A DNA stretch of 64,000 nucleotides, the filler included, from Gonapodya sp. JEL0774 (lineage: Eukaryota): the NCBI GenBank assembly GCA_027604505.1. It is 28 parts of 28 records of this genome, joined end to end, with 100 filler letters (N's around TTAATTAATTAA, not from the genome) between each part and the next. Parts side by side here need not be neighbours in the genome. Positions count along the whole stretch, not along the records: positions 39,088 to 41,277 come from JADIIX010002157.1; positions 41,378 to 43,567 come from JADIIX010002158.1; positions 43,668 to 45,855 come from JADIIX010002159.1; positions 45,956 to 48,142 come from JADIIX010002160.1; positions 48,243 to 50,429 come from JADIIX010002161.1; positions 50,530 to 52,715 come from JADIIX010002162.1; 22 more parts are not named here. The stretch is one strand, 5' to 3'. The notes beneath the pieces are model-generated. The model had not been told where the DNA came from and ran no database searches. It saw only the letters and a list, made by a program, of their open reading frames with translations. Position numbers and translations under genes: made by a program. Of this stretch, positions 39,088 to 50,923 are shown piece after piece (position 1 is the stretch's first letter; each line of letters starts with the position of its first letter).

Positions 39088-40728
39088 ATAACAAAAGTGT
39101 TATTCTGCGAGTTGCCGCAATGATGGGGTGAGTGTTGGCTTGACTTGTGCACGCGATGTCCTCTTTACATGACATCCTTTAGACTGGGCATCGCTTATGC
39201 TGGTTCGGGCCGCGAGGACATTTCAGACCTCCTCTTACCCCTTGTGAGTGACACTACAGTCACCATGGAACTATCGGGTATAGCCGCGCTATCGGTTGGA
39301 TTGGTGCATGTTGGGACGTCGAATGGGGACATTGCAAGCACAATACTTCAGACACTAATGGAGCGAGAGGCAGCAAATTTTAAAGATCCCTACGCAAAAT
39401 ACTTGGGAATCGGCTTGGCCTTGCTGTTCCTTGGTGAGTTGCCATTATTTGTTTGCTTGGTTCTTTCCAGAAGGATTCCCCTGTCACCTAATTTTAGGCA
39501 AGCAAGAGGCTTGTGACGCTACTCTGGAAACACTCAAGGCGATTGAACAGCCAATTGCAAAGCAAGCTGGTGTCCTCTTGCAAACTTGCGCTTACATTGG
39601 CACTGGGAACGTTCTCAAGGTCCAAGAAATGCTCCACAATTGCAACGATCATCTTGATGGAGAGAAGGAGGACGACAAGCATCAAGGCATTGCTGCTCTT
39701 GGTATTGCGATGCTGGCGATGGGCGAGGATATCGGGCAGGATATGGCTTTGCGATCGTATAATCATTTGGTACGTTGTTTTGAATTGTGACAACCGGTTT
39801 AGAACGTCATCAACCATCATCACTCATGAAGATGCACTATGGAGAACCTGTTATACGCCGGGCGGTGCCCCTTGGCCTAGCTCTGCTCTGTGCTTCCAAT
39901 CCGCAAGTTGGCGTCCTGGACACGCTCAGCAAATACTCTCACGACAACGACCAGGAAGTAGCAATCAACGCAATTTTTGCGATGGGTATTGTTGGCGCCG
40001 GAACCAATAACGCGAGGCTGGCGCAGATGCTGAGACAGCTGGCTGCATACTATCACAAAGAACCAAATTGTCTCTTCGTGGTCAGGCTATCACAGGTATG
40101 TTGTGAGGAGGCGCCATAAATGACTTTTATCTCTTTTGCGGAGGAATGGACATGCAGAGGCTAACTGTGAGATGTTAGGGACTCGTTCACATGGGAAAGG
40201 GGACCCAAACAATCAACCCTTACCATACAAACCGTCTCCTCTTGTCACCCGTAGCGGCTGCCGGTCTGGTGACCGTCCTTGTCTCCATGCTTGATGCCAA
40301 GACAAGTAAGTGGAGAATAGATTGCCACATCGAAACTTCGCTAATACGTTCCATTTTCAGCGATTCTTGGCAAAGCGCATTACATCCTTTACTATCTTGT
40401 TCTCGCCATTTACCCCCGTTTCCTCATTACTCTTGATGAAGATTTGAAACCGCTACCAGTGAGCGTGCGTGTAGGACAGGTGAGCTGCGCTCGGATTGAA
40501 GTTGTTGACGAACCGTGCTGACATGGCCGCTTGACCCAGGCCGTTGACGTGGTTGGACAAGCGGGTCGGCCCAAAACCATTACCGGCTTCGTCACCAATA
40601 CGACACCGGTACTCCTTGGTTACACTGAGCGTGCGGAGCTGGCGACAGAAGAGTTCCTTCCTCTCACAAGTGTCCTAGAGAATTTTGTGATATTGAAGAA
40701 GAATCCGGATTATATGGATACGAAATAG
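39088..40728 (+). CDS. RPN1: 26S proteasome base subunit Rpn1/PSMD2, C-terminal half
   Basis: [67 protein letters not shown] and [13 protein letters not shown]. Confidence 0.97.
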
Positions 40729-40943
40729 TGTACTCACCATTGTAAAACTTGCATGCAAATTCTTGTTACCGCAGTGTTTGTGCATTGGTTTGCCTTTCTG
40801 GACTGCGCTTTCACAGGCTGAATCAGAAGCGCCCGTTGGAAAGCGAAGATCATACCCGATTGTCGATCTATGACCGGGGGCACATCTGAAAGGGTCTGAT
40901 GCTTCTGCGCCTGCATCGTTTCTTCGGACCTCCTCTTGGAAAT

Positions 40944-41277
40944 ATGGACAACTTCGTCGTGACGGCTGTGGATCAGAAGCCGGACGGAATACCAGCAAAT
41001 CCGTTGAAGAAGCTGGACGAGAGGTGAGTGCTAGTTCCCTCATTATCCCAGGATCTTTTGACATTTGCTGACATTGTTTCATTTGCCGGTGGGGTTACGC
41101 ATGGGGTGGGGGTGCATTCAGTCTCTGGTCGTGGGTGGACGATGAAGTTGATTCTTCGGAAACTGGAATCACTTTGGAGAACATTAAATCCGTCTATCAT
41201 CTAAATGGCTACACTAAAAGTCCATACTGCTCCAATGATTTTGTTGAAAAACTGAGGGAACATGGGAGAACTGAGGG
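40944..41277 (+). CDS. N-terminus of a protein weakly resembling USP48-type deubiquitinases
   Basis: Spliced LKKLDES|LWSWVDDEVD...ITLENIKSVYHL...C resembles the WxW...I..E.I...Y start of USP48. No catalytic domain is visible. Confidence 0.3.
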
Positions 41278-41377
41278 NNNNNNNNNNNNNNNNNNNNNNN
41301 NNNNNNNNNNNNNNNNNNNNNTTAATTAATTAANNNNNNNNNNNNNNNNNNNNNNNNNNNNNNNNNNNNNNNNNNNN

Positions 41378-41929
41378 TCTGGAATGTACGGAGAAGGCGA
41401 CCCTTTTCTCCTCCCTCCGCTGCTCCGCTTCATCTCTCAGAGTTCCATCATTCCCCCAGTTCGTATCGGTGGCTTGTCCCCTTCCTGTCATCACGCCTAC
41501 GTTGGAAACGTAGCCAACGCTCACGCCTTTGTGGCGCTTACCGCGGCACGAGACCAGTCAGTGCGTGACAGGATGGGCGCCGGAGTCTATTTCATTGTAG
41601 ACCAAGGCCCGTCCAATGTCTTTGACCTTCTCGCTCCAGTCATCACCAAGATGGGCTTCCAGGTACCTACTCTCCGTCTCCCCGACACACTCGCATACAC
41701 CATTGGATCTATCACGGACGTTGTCTTTTCTTTCGTGAAACCCCTTGTCCCAAAATCTGCACGTCCCAAGTTTACCTACTCCGCAGTGGACATGATACTG
41801 ACCCCGAGATCGATCAATGGAGAGAAGTTGAGGAGGGATACTGGTTGGAAGCCTCGGTACTCTGAAGAGGAAGCGGCAGAGAGGACGGCAGAGTGGTTTG
41901 GGAGGAACACAGCATTCTGGAACTCATGA
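41378..41929 (+). CDS. 3-beta-HSD/extended SDR family, C-terminal part
   Basis: GMYGEGD, AYVGNVANAH, GVYFIVD and KLRRDTGWKPRYSEEEA. Confidence 0.85.
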   Translation, partial: SGMYGEGDPFLLPPLLRFISQSSIIPPVRIGGLSPSCHHAYVGNVANAHAFVALTAARDQSVRDRMGAGVYFIVDQGPSNVFDLLAPVITKMGFQVPTLRLPDTLAYTIGSITDVVFSFVKPLVPKSARPKFTYSAVDMILTPRSINGEKLRRDTGWKPRYSEEEAAERTAEWFGRNTAFWNS

Positions 41930-43043
41930 TCAAGGACAATATTAAACTCAAAACTATAGTTCTATCTTGGCTGGATGCAGCTGTAGTCAATTTGCGGAAC
42001 GTTCTTATTCCATATAACTTAAAGGTAGAGTGACATGAGAGTATACCAGCTTTTTGTCTATGAAGCATGAAGAGAGACGTCAGACACAAATTATCCTCCA
42101 TGGACTCTGCGGGGACTGGGACAATTAGGCAAGCTGGCCTTAAGTATGCAAAAGTGTTGGGTGGAAAGGATTTGCTAACATTGTGGGCGCCACTATCTTC
42201 AATGATGGTGGGATAAGGTCACACTGGCACAAGAAAAAACAATTGGGAGGCGACAGTGCGCTTTTGAATGACTGATGACGTCATGGTCCAAAACTGCATG
42301 ATGGGGCTAGTCGCGAGTAGCAAATCACGAGACTAGGGCAACAAGACATCGAGTGAAGTACCTAAAGCCCACACAGATGTATTTGTGCAGGAGAGAAGTG
42401 TACTTCAAACTGCCCCTGTACCGAAATTGACAATCGTTGTTTTTGGGCAATTAATCAGGTCTCCAGGCAGACTGGCTGATGAAGTTCAAAAACAAAAGAT
42501 CAAGAGACGAAAGGAGTTGAAGCCACTGACAAAACCATTCTGCAATCCGATACAACGTTGAGAAGCGTGCGACAATACGGTGGTCGCGATGAGTGCTGGG
42601 ACATGTTTTTTGGGGATGCTGAGGTCAGGATGGTGCGTGCGTTTGGACCACGCTACCCCGAAACTATTCCCCAATCGGAGGAGTTTCAGACGGGATTCAT
42701 TCGTTACTCTTGATTGGTTTGGACTTGCAAAAAGACTACGCAGTCTATTCACCGACGCCACCGCCATTTTCCGCGTTGGGACGTTGGCTTTCACCGCTCT
42801 GTCAAGCCGTTCTCCGTTTTCGAAACCGGCGGCAATAGCGGAACACGGGCGATTTGTCTTGGAGCCAGAGGAATTCACGAGTCGATTGAGCACAGCATAT
42901 TTTTTCGGCTGACTGGTGAGAGTATTGTCGGTGTCGCACTGTCGCCCCACCGGCGCCATTTCACGGCGATTCCACCTGTCCACTCCCAATCCAGACACTC
43001 CCGCCCATTCTCTTACCAACTACCATCACTATTACCCCGCAAA

Positions 43044-43567
43044 ATGCTTTCCATGGACGAGACATCGCTTGACAACATTTCGTTCCACGACTCGGACGGC
43101 GACTTGTCCTTTGACACATTCGACCCGACTCTGTCCATGTCGTCACTCCATCACGTGAACTCGCAGTCGCCTTCTCGCTCAATCAATCAGATTCCTTCAT
43201 CTGCACTCGCGGCCGCCGGCTCAACTCCAATTGCCGCATCAAAAACGTCACTCCTCTCATCCTCCGCCATCACCCCCTCTTCCCCCGTTTCTCCACCCGT
43301 CCACACCACATCTGCAGCCCACAACAATGACGCCGTTCATTCCTCCTCGCACTCGCTCTACCAAGACCCGTCTTCCACTCCTTTCCGTCGCCCACCAGGC
43401 CGCTCTTCCCCTCTCCTGGACCAGTCGTTCCACATCTCTTCCCCAATCAACCCTCACTCATCAACTGCTCTCCACCACCCACACCAAGACCACTGGTCAT
43501 CAGACTCCCCTTCCCACCCTCCTTCCACCTCCCCACCTTCACCGTCACCTTCCTCTTCCTCCGACAA
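43044..43567 (+). CDS. S/P/H-rich N-terminus of an unknown protein
   Basis: ATG in AAA context opens a frame running to the contig end (MLSMDETSLDNISFHDSDG...). Confidence 0.55.
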
Positions 43568-43667
43568 NNNNNNNNNNNNNNNNNNNNNNNNNNNNNNNNN
43601 NNNNNNNNNNNTTAATTAATTAANNNNNNNNNNNNNNNNNNNNNNNNNNNNNNNNNNNNNNNNNNNN

Positions 43668-44224
43668 CTCACTCACGATGGCCTCGGATGGTTGATAACG
43701 ATGCCATTAGTCGTCGCGATGTGCACGGGATTCGCGACAATCACTACAAAAGGTTCATCTCGAGCAGCTCTCCGATCGGCATTCGTTCTGGCTGTTGGAA
43801 ATATCGGTGAGCGCTTCTGGTTCCGAAACCTTGTCCTTTCAGGCTTGGTTGTCACTGACTGAAGATCCTCACTTTGTTAATCGCAACAGGTGGAGTTATC
43901 GGACCTCAAGTTTATCAACCGTCGGATGCGCCATACTATTCTACCGGTCATTTCATCAATGCAGCTTGCCTAATTGGTGCGGCAATTCTCTACGCAGCGG
44001 CCGTCATAAGTATCATAAGGGAAGGCGAATATGTTGGAAAGAAGGCCAACATTACAGGTACGTGATGTAGATATAAGTTACCCCAAGAGAGAGCAATCGC
44101 TCATTGTACACTCCATCTACTATCACGAAACTCAGTGGCTGAACGGGGCGGACTTGAACTCTCCGATGACAAGCTCATCACAACGGAGCACTTGCTTATT
44201 CGTGACAGTGTGAATGCCAAGTAG
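43668..44224 (+). CDS. MFS transporter of the anion:cation symporter (Dal5/Tna1-like) family, C-terminal part
   Basis: KGSSRAA...AVGNIG|GVIGPQVYQPSDAPYYSTGH. Confidence 0.8.
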
Positions 44225-45375
44225 TAGCACGTAACAGGAACATTAGTCAGCTGACAGGCTCCAACCGAGGTTGCACGGAGCAAATAGAACCTGCAAGGGG
44301 CGACATTCAGATAGAATTACAAGATTATAGAATTTTTGCAAATTTAAGGTCAATTAATATTTCACCTGACCGTATCATTTGGCCTGGTATTAGTTAATAG
44401 TTCCATTGCACGCATCCACTCAAATTGACAATTCTCCATTACTGTCAATGAGCCAGCTTCGAAGCTCCGCCGACACAGAGATCACATACAACCCCGTCAA
44501 TGGCTCAATCGTCTGGGGTAAAGGAGAAGTTCTCGCAGGCAGTTTAACGGACCAGTCAGGCACATTTGTTGCGGCGGGCGGTGTGACCACAGCTCACATG
44601 TATTTAAAACACAGATTGCTGCACATAATAAGATCATATCTCACTCCATCTCACACTCTAGGCCTATCACTAAGCCACCATCCCGTTCCTAGAGGGCTAG
44701 GATCGATACGTTGTGACAGTCCCACTACATCACTGAACGCGGGCATGATCCTTGTAAAGTAACCTTCCGGCACCTTGACGCAACCCGCTCTCGGCACATT
44801 AATTCCCCCTATGTCATTGATAAAATCCACCCAAGTCTGAGAGTTTTACATTAGTACAGTAAAGTTAGGGTTGATTCGTGGTCGAAATATGGACCAATAC
44901 AGCGAAATACAGCGAATCTGAACAAAAACGTAATGAGTGACATTACAATCAATGATGTTCCCACGAAAGATGCAGAGTGGGGCGTACACCACTACAGCAC
45001 GAGTGTTATTAGTACCGGATCGCTTTCTGGCAATTGGTTAGCGAAGTCAGTGTCCTTTGACGTAACTCACACTCGCCCATATCATCCAGGAACACGTCCG
45101 CTAAATGTCCGTCAACCCTCCACACCGACCGTTCTTGGCATCATAGAAAAGACCTCCATAGTCCCATGCAGATAAGAAATGTCTCACTGAGGGAGAAGAA
45201 ACGCGCCGTCCAGTAAGACGCTCATATCGCTGAATATGTACTTCCACCATGCCACAAGCTCGTTCACATTGTCGTGGGCACCAAGCTGAGTTGCCAACCA
45301 AAAGAGATGAGACTAACCGGTTGCGTGAAGTTTACCGTGAGAGGGGAACACCGTGAAGTATGGTACCTTGATAAA

Positions 45376-45855
45376 TCAACCGCTCACCAGCCGTGCTTCA
45401 TCGGGGTTCACCTGTCCTGCTGCGACCATCAGGCGGTCTGCCGCAACAATCGCTGACATAGCTAGATCTGATGGAAGGTGTCCAATGAATCGAGAATGGA
45501 AATGACATGTGTTGATGATTGCATGCGCAACGAGGCACAGTTGCTCAGAGAGATGTGGCCACATGACGGGATGGGACTCGTCCACCGCGTTGGGCAGCGG
45601 TTCTTGCGAGGGGTGGTTGCAGACAGTGGGAAGGTACCAAGCCGGCGATTCGTCCGATTCCTGATCCACAATATGCGACGGCAGTTCCGAAAGTTCCTTT
45701 TCCCCCAGAGCTGCCAGAGCATCTATAATGCAATCAGGCCCACGGAAGCTGAGATCGAAATCAACGACGGACAGAATGCGTTGCTCCATCTCGAGGACAT
45801 CACCGCGGGTGTAGATATTGTGGCACAGATCAATAATCGTGAGCACCTTCAGCGC
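45376..45855 (-). CDS. Cyclin, end of the cyclin box and C-terminal fold
   Basis: LCHNIYTRGDVLEMEQRILSVVDFDLSF and RFIGHLPSDLAMSAIVAA. Confidence 0.8.
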   Translation of the reverse strand, partial: ALKVLTIIDLCHNIYTRGDVLEMEQRILSVVDFDLSFRGPDCIIDALAALGEKELSELPSHIVDQESDESPAWYLPTVCNHPSQEPLPNAVDESHPVMWPHLSEQLCLVAHAIINTCHFHSRFIGHLPSDLAMSAIVAADRLMVAAGQVNPDEARLVSG

Positions 45856-46261
45856 NNNNNNNNNNNNNNNNNNNNNNNNNNNNNNNNNNNNNNNNNNNNT
45901 TAATTAATTAANNNNNNNNNNNNNNNNNNNNNNNNNNNNNNNNNNNNNNNNNNNNCTATCACGTCACTTTACAGCCAACATTCGTGTAAAATACAAAGAA
46001 CTCACAGTGCAGGAACTCGGCTGGTCCTTGATGTGCAGCTCGTTGCACGTCAATGAGCATCGAGTTATGACGTGATGACGTGATCGTGAATGCTGGCATG
46101 CAGATGAGTGCTCCACTGCCTAACGGTGAAGACCACAATCACAATCATTCTTTCCATCCGGAAATCGTTCGCGATTGCAATTATTTGTCAATCGCAGAAA
46201 ACTACGAAACAGCCTTTGAAAACTTTGTTCCATTCCATCTTCACCAGATCCCACGACGGTC

Positions 46262-47372
46262 ATGTCATCGGATCCAATTATCGCATCATCATCGCCAACC
46301 TCCCGATTCTCCACCCGCGCTTCACTCTATCGCCTGCACCGTCCCACCTGGCCCGCACCACACTTGATCCCCTTCTTGCTCTCTCGAACCTCTCTCGGCG
46401 CTGCTCTCCGCCATTCTTCAAGTACTACGAACAACATCACCATCGCAGATGTGGGCTCGGGAACGGGCATTTCGTGCGCGCTGTTTCTTCGATCGAGTGA
46501 ATTGAGAGATACGGTAAAGGCTGCGGGGAAGAGGCTCGTGGTGTATGGGGTGGAACCGAACGGGGCGATGCGAAAGGCGGCTGAAGACGATTTCGGGGAG
46601 TTCATCGACAGGCATGGAAGTTCTCAAGAGTTGGACGTTGAGTTTCGGAGCGTGGATGGGTCGGCAGAGGCCACCGGACTGTCTGATGGGAGTGTGGACT
46701 TGGTCGTTGGATTCCAAGTGAGACGTCCCCGTTCCACGGTCGTCTCGTCCGCATACTGAAGCATCCATCCGGTCACACGTGCTCTGTAGTGTGCTCATTG
46801 GTGGGACATACCTGCGGCGGCGGCAGAGCTCCGGCGGATTCTTCGGCAGCCGGATTCTAGCACCACTTTGGACGGAAATGACAATCCGGCGAATGTGGTG
46901 CTGGCATGGAACTCTCGTCCCGAAACAGGAGATGGGTCGGAAGGGATGGAGAAGCTCGCATTGGAATTTGGCGAACCGAAAGGTGAGTCTTGTAAGCCCT
47001 GATCGAGTAGGGCAAGTCTCTTCTTTCTTAACACTGCTGTCTGCGGATCCAGGCAGAGAAATCGCATCTTTTGCACGTCACCATCCCATATGTAGCTCGC
47101 TGTTTCAACCGGCCTCCTACTCCTCGGTTTCGTTCCCGAACTACTACCACTTCAGTCCATCCACATTCAAAGGTTACCTCCATTCGGTTTCGTTCATGCC
47201 GAAAGCTGGGACGTCAGATGGAGATAGAGTGGACGAGGAAGTGGATAACATGTTTGACAGGGTTTTACGGCAGTTGAGGGCGAAGGGCGGACAAGTCGCA
47301 ATTGATGGCGAGGTGGAATGGGTTGTACGAACGAACGTATATTACGGGGAATTGCATGATAGCAAGGCTTGA
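46262..47372 (+). CDS. Class I SAM-dependent methyltransferase (type 11-like)
   Basis: RFSTRASLYRLHRPTWP, IADVGSGTG, GVEPNGAMR and GSAEATGLSDGSVDLV...Q|CAHWWD...ELRRILR...LAWN. Confidence 0.9.
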
Positions 47373-47489
47373 CTTTGTGTAGATAAAACTGGATCTCCCG
47401 CGCTTGCGTCTGGACATGACGCGGTTCGACATCCCACCTCACACCCCATTAACAGCTTGGCCAACGACGCCAATCGATCAGCCAAGCAG

Positions 47490-48142
47490 ATGGCGACTCC
47501 TCCTCTTCCGTCCGCATCATTCTCGCTCCTGCCGCATGCATTATCCGCCATCGAAGACGCCATGTCCTCCGTTCCTTCGAATCAAAGCCTTCGGGTACTT
47601 GAGGTCGGATGTGGAGAGGGAAAGCTGTCCAATGCCGTGGCGAAAAAGTTTGCTGGGAAAGTGGAAGTCACGGCCAGTGCGTGACAGGTAGATGTCGTTG
47701 CGTATACGGTCGATAGCGTACTCAACTGTGTTGCGTGTGGAATTTTCGGGAATTTCCGCGCTCTCCGTTCATGCCGATCATCCCAGTCGACCCTTTCCCT
47801 AAAGCAAGTACGTACAGCTCCATGCTCCATGGAGTAAGTGTGCGATCTTAATCTACTATTCCCACGTTTAGTTGCCAACGCCCCGACAACGTTCGCTTCA
47901 ACACCTGGCTTGACCTTCCTTCAATCTGACCTATTATCATTTGATACGGACGCTTCGTTCGACATCATTCTCTGCCAAAGGTCACTTCATCATGTATTTC
48001 CTCTCGACAAGGTCGGTGGTCTTTGTAGCACATTTGGCGCCGCATTTCAGTATCGTCTCAAAAATCTCTTTTCGTTCATAGGCCGCGGTCAAGCTACAGT
48101 CCCTTCTTCGCCCTGGAGGTATTCTCCTGGCCGACGAATTCT
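47490..48142 (+). CDS. Second class I SAM-dependent methyltransferase, 3' truncated
   Basis: RVLEVGCGEG, SFDIILCQRSLHHV and LLRPGGILLADEF. Confidence 0.88.
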
Positions 48143-48242
48143 NNNNNNNNNNNNNNNNNNNNNNNNNNNNNNNNNNNNNNNNNNNNTTAATTAATTAANN
48201 NNNNNNNNNNNNNNNNNNNNNNNNNNNNNNNNNNNNNNNNNN

Positions 48243-48526
48243 TCCGGGCCCAGACTGGATGGACTATCCAGTGTGGGGTTAAGTTTTGGAGTCAAAAGAA
48301 TGGACTGAAAACCTTCCTTGGAAGTCCATTCGGCAAGTGATGATTCCTCTGGTGCCTCGAGTTCCGTTCCTTCCACGAGAATCCGTGGCGTGAAAAGTGA
48401 TGCATCAAGACGGCGCTTACTGCACGCTTTCTGATAGACTACGCCAAGAGGAGAATTTGAGGCGACACTAATGACAGTCGCCGAGGAATCGGGGTATTGA
48501 ATGCGCAGAAGGACTTTTGTGTCCAT
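48243..48526 (-). CDS. Protein with an N-terminal Raf-like RBD/ubiquitin-like domain, truncated
   Basis: LLRIQYPDSSATVISVASNSPLGVVYQKACSKRRLD fits a beta-grasp RBD pattern. Confidence 0.55.
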
Positions 48527-48740
48527 CTGCGGAACAGCAACCACGCTGTCAGTAATGACAAATCCAAAGTCTCAACAGGTCGGACGAAGTAGAATATCTG
48601 CTCGTCAGATCGATCAGGCTATTATTTGCGAAGTGTTCTATTCATGTGACAATTTGTCAGTGTCATTCACCGTCCCAGGGGAACTTTGGTCTCGAACTTG
48701 AATTCTTGACATCAATCTTACATTTGGCGAATCACAGTCA

Positions 48741-49154
48741 ATGTCGTTTCGCGCCCTGTTGTCTGCAGCACCGTCGATGGCAGCATCGTGTCATCGCGCA
48801 GCTCCAGTGCCTGGAGGAAAGTTGTCAGGGTATGCGGATTTGGGCAAATTGGGATCATCTGCCCACCCAAAAGTTGGATGTGGATGCGTGATGCTTCAAT
48901 ATGGGCGAAGAGAACTCAGTACCAATAGTTTCGGATCTTCGAGGAGTCCCACATCTCTTTCACTCCCTTCATTCACCTCGTCCATCTGTGTTCTGTTCTC
49001 CCCGCCGTCAATCTACCCATCTACTGGGTACCGCTCCTTCCGGACAAAATCCTCCGTTAAACGGAGGTGTGAACATTGCTTTGTTGTTCGGCGGCGGGGG
49101 ACGCTGATGGTCTTGTGCAAGAAGAATCCCAAACATAAACAACGGCAGGGATAG
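48741..49154 (+). CDS. RTC6: Mitochondrial ribosomal protein bL36m
   Basis: [38 protein letters not shown], with an N-terminal presequence-like extension. Confidence 0.92.
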   Translation: MSFRALLSAAPSMAASCHRAAPVPGGKLSGYADLGKLGSSAHPKVGCGCVMLQYGRRELSTNSFGSSRSPTSLSLPSFTSSICVLFSPPSIYPSTGYRSFRTKSSVKRRCEHCFVVRRRGTLMVLCKKNPKHKQRQG

Positions 49155-49463
49155 GAACAATGGAGTTACCATCGGACTGAAAGGGCTAGTTACCTTTAGC
49201 GGGACTTTTCATCAATAAGTTCATAGCAGATTGAAGAGTTTCGACTCAACCATGCCTGCTTTAGATCAAATCAATGGACTTACAACGTCTCATATTCTGA
49301 AAATATGCAAAGGGAGGTGGTCCTCATTGTTGAATAGGCGATACATGTTATTCAGAAAGGTTACATGAGAAATAGTTTCCAGCGTGGTGGGGCAGTTGTT
49401 GTGAGCTATGCCGGCTACGTTTCGCTTCCAATAAAATCACTTTATCAATCGTTTCCGGGAAGA

Positions 49464-50412
49464 ATGCCAGAATCAGGCGCCATCACTACTATCAAAGAAG
49501 AGTCCTCCAGACAAGGTTCCGCTTCGACTGAACAACGTCCGCCATCCGGAGGCTCGAAACCGGGACCACCGCCAACTCAACCTCCAAAGAATCCCGCGCT
49601 TACCAATGCCTCCACCCGCGCGTCACGCAGCAATCTCGCGCAGGGTTCTCTCCCACCAAAGACCATCCGAACGTCGCAGGGCAACCTTACTGGTGCGTCG
49701 CGGAGCAACCTGAGAGGGTTGGGCTCTCGAAACGCCTTGGGATCTCGTTTCGCACTTGGCAGCCGGAACAAACTGGCGATGGGCGAGGGCGACGTGGTAA
49801 TGGAAAGAATTACACAGGAAAACACTTACCAGATGAAGCCGACAAAGAAGTGAGTCCCTGTATAAGAGAGTTGTGTGCTCATTCACTTATCATGTCCCGA
49901 CAGATTCCTCTCGGAGCCCGTCCAGCGTATCGTTAAAGAAATCTTACAAACCCGTCTGAATAAATCAGTATACAACGCCGAGAAAACACCAGAGCTGACG
50001 AAATCGATCTCGAACGAGATCCTTCAAGAAGTGAAGAGTGAGCCTTACCATTGGGAATCGCCAAAGTTGCAAACGAAATGAAAGATATTGTATTCTCCAT
50101 TGTTTTAGAGCTCAACTTCGACCGTTATAAGCTCGTCGTAGAGGTCAACATTGGGGAGTTTAAAGGCCAAGGTGTTCGGTCTGCGAGTCGCATGATTGCT
50201 GACACAACCACCGACTCATACGCGTCTGCGAGCTTTCGAAATGTGTGTGCTACCTTATTCTCTTGGAGTTGTCCTTCACTTCCATCCACTTTCTTCTTTC
50301 ACGAAGGCATCCATCTTTGCTATTGCCGTGGTGTTCGGTGAGTTTTACCAAGCCTCTTCTCTGAAACGATCGATTGAAATCACTTTGTTGATTAGGTATC
50401 TACTACGAATGA
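49464..50412 (+). CDS. Tctex-1 family dynein light chain (TCTEX1D/axonemal-IFT type)
   Basis: ENTYQMKP...F...VKEILQTRL...SNEILQEVK|LNFDRYKLVVEVNIGEFKGQGVRSASR...DSYASASFRN|ASIFAIAVVFG|IYYE*. Confidence 0.9.
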
Positions 50413-50565
50413 AACAATTCTCTTCCCAANNNNNNNNNNNNNNNNNNNNNNNNNNNNNNNNNNNNNNNNNNNNTTAATTAATTAANNNNNNNNNNNNNNN
50501 NNNNNNNNNNNNNNNNNNNNNNNNNNNNNACTGGCCTCATTCATTCACCAAAATTAATTATCTAG

Positions 50566-50843
50566 CTTTCGATTTTTCATTGAATTCAAAAGATCGAGAA
50601 GTCCTTATTGGGTACCTGTCGAAGGATCCGGTATTGAAGGTTCTTGTGGTCACCGAACCCAGCGACGACAGCGGAGAATGCGAGGACATTGCACAAGCTG
50701 ACATAAACATAAGAGATATTCTTCTGTCAGGAAGAGAATGGAGTGGCGATGTAGCTGTGGTGGACCTCTCCCGCTCGATAATTGTTGGCACTCTTAAAGT
50801 GGCTGTTGTGGGCGTTGCATCCCTGAGCAGGCTTCTAGACTAA
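50566..50843 (+). CDS. RPGRIP1L: RPGRIP1/RPGRIP1L C-terminal C2 domain, last exon
   Basis: VLVVTEPSDDSGECEDIAQADINIRDILLSGRE...VGTLKVAV resembles the recalled FTVVSDPPE...ECEDIG.A.V.L...G...IGKLRVTV motif. Confidence 0.7.
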
Positions 50844-50923
50844 TAGAACTTCCCAATTTAACGAAAACATTGTGTAGATGCTGAAACTAATTTACATGTT
50901 TTGATTGCGTTATATACTATTGT

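Noticed and set aside
42275..42306. SECIS-like ATGA...AAAA hairpin (some early-diverging fungi use selenocysteine)
   Set aside because: It lacks the 3' GA of the non-Watson-Crick quartet, the stem is short, and no upstream gene shows an in-frame TGA at a Cys position.
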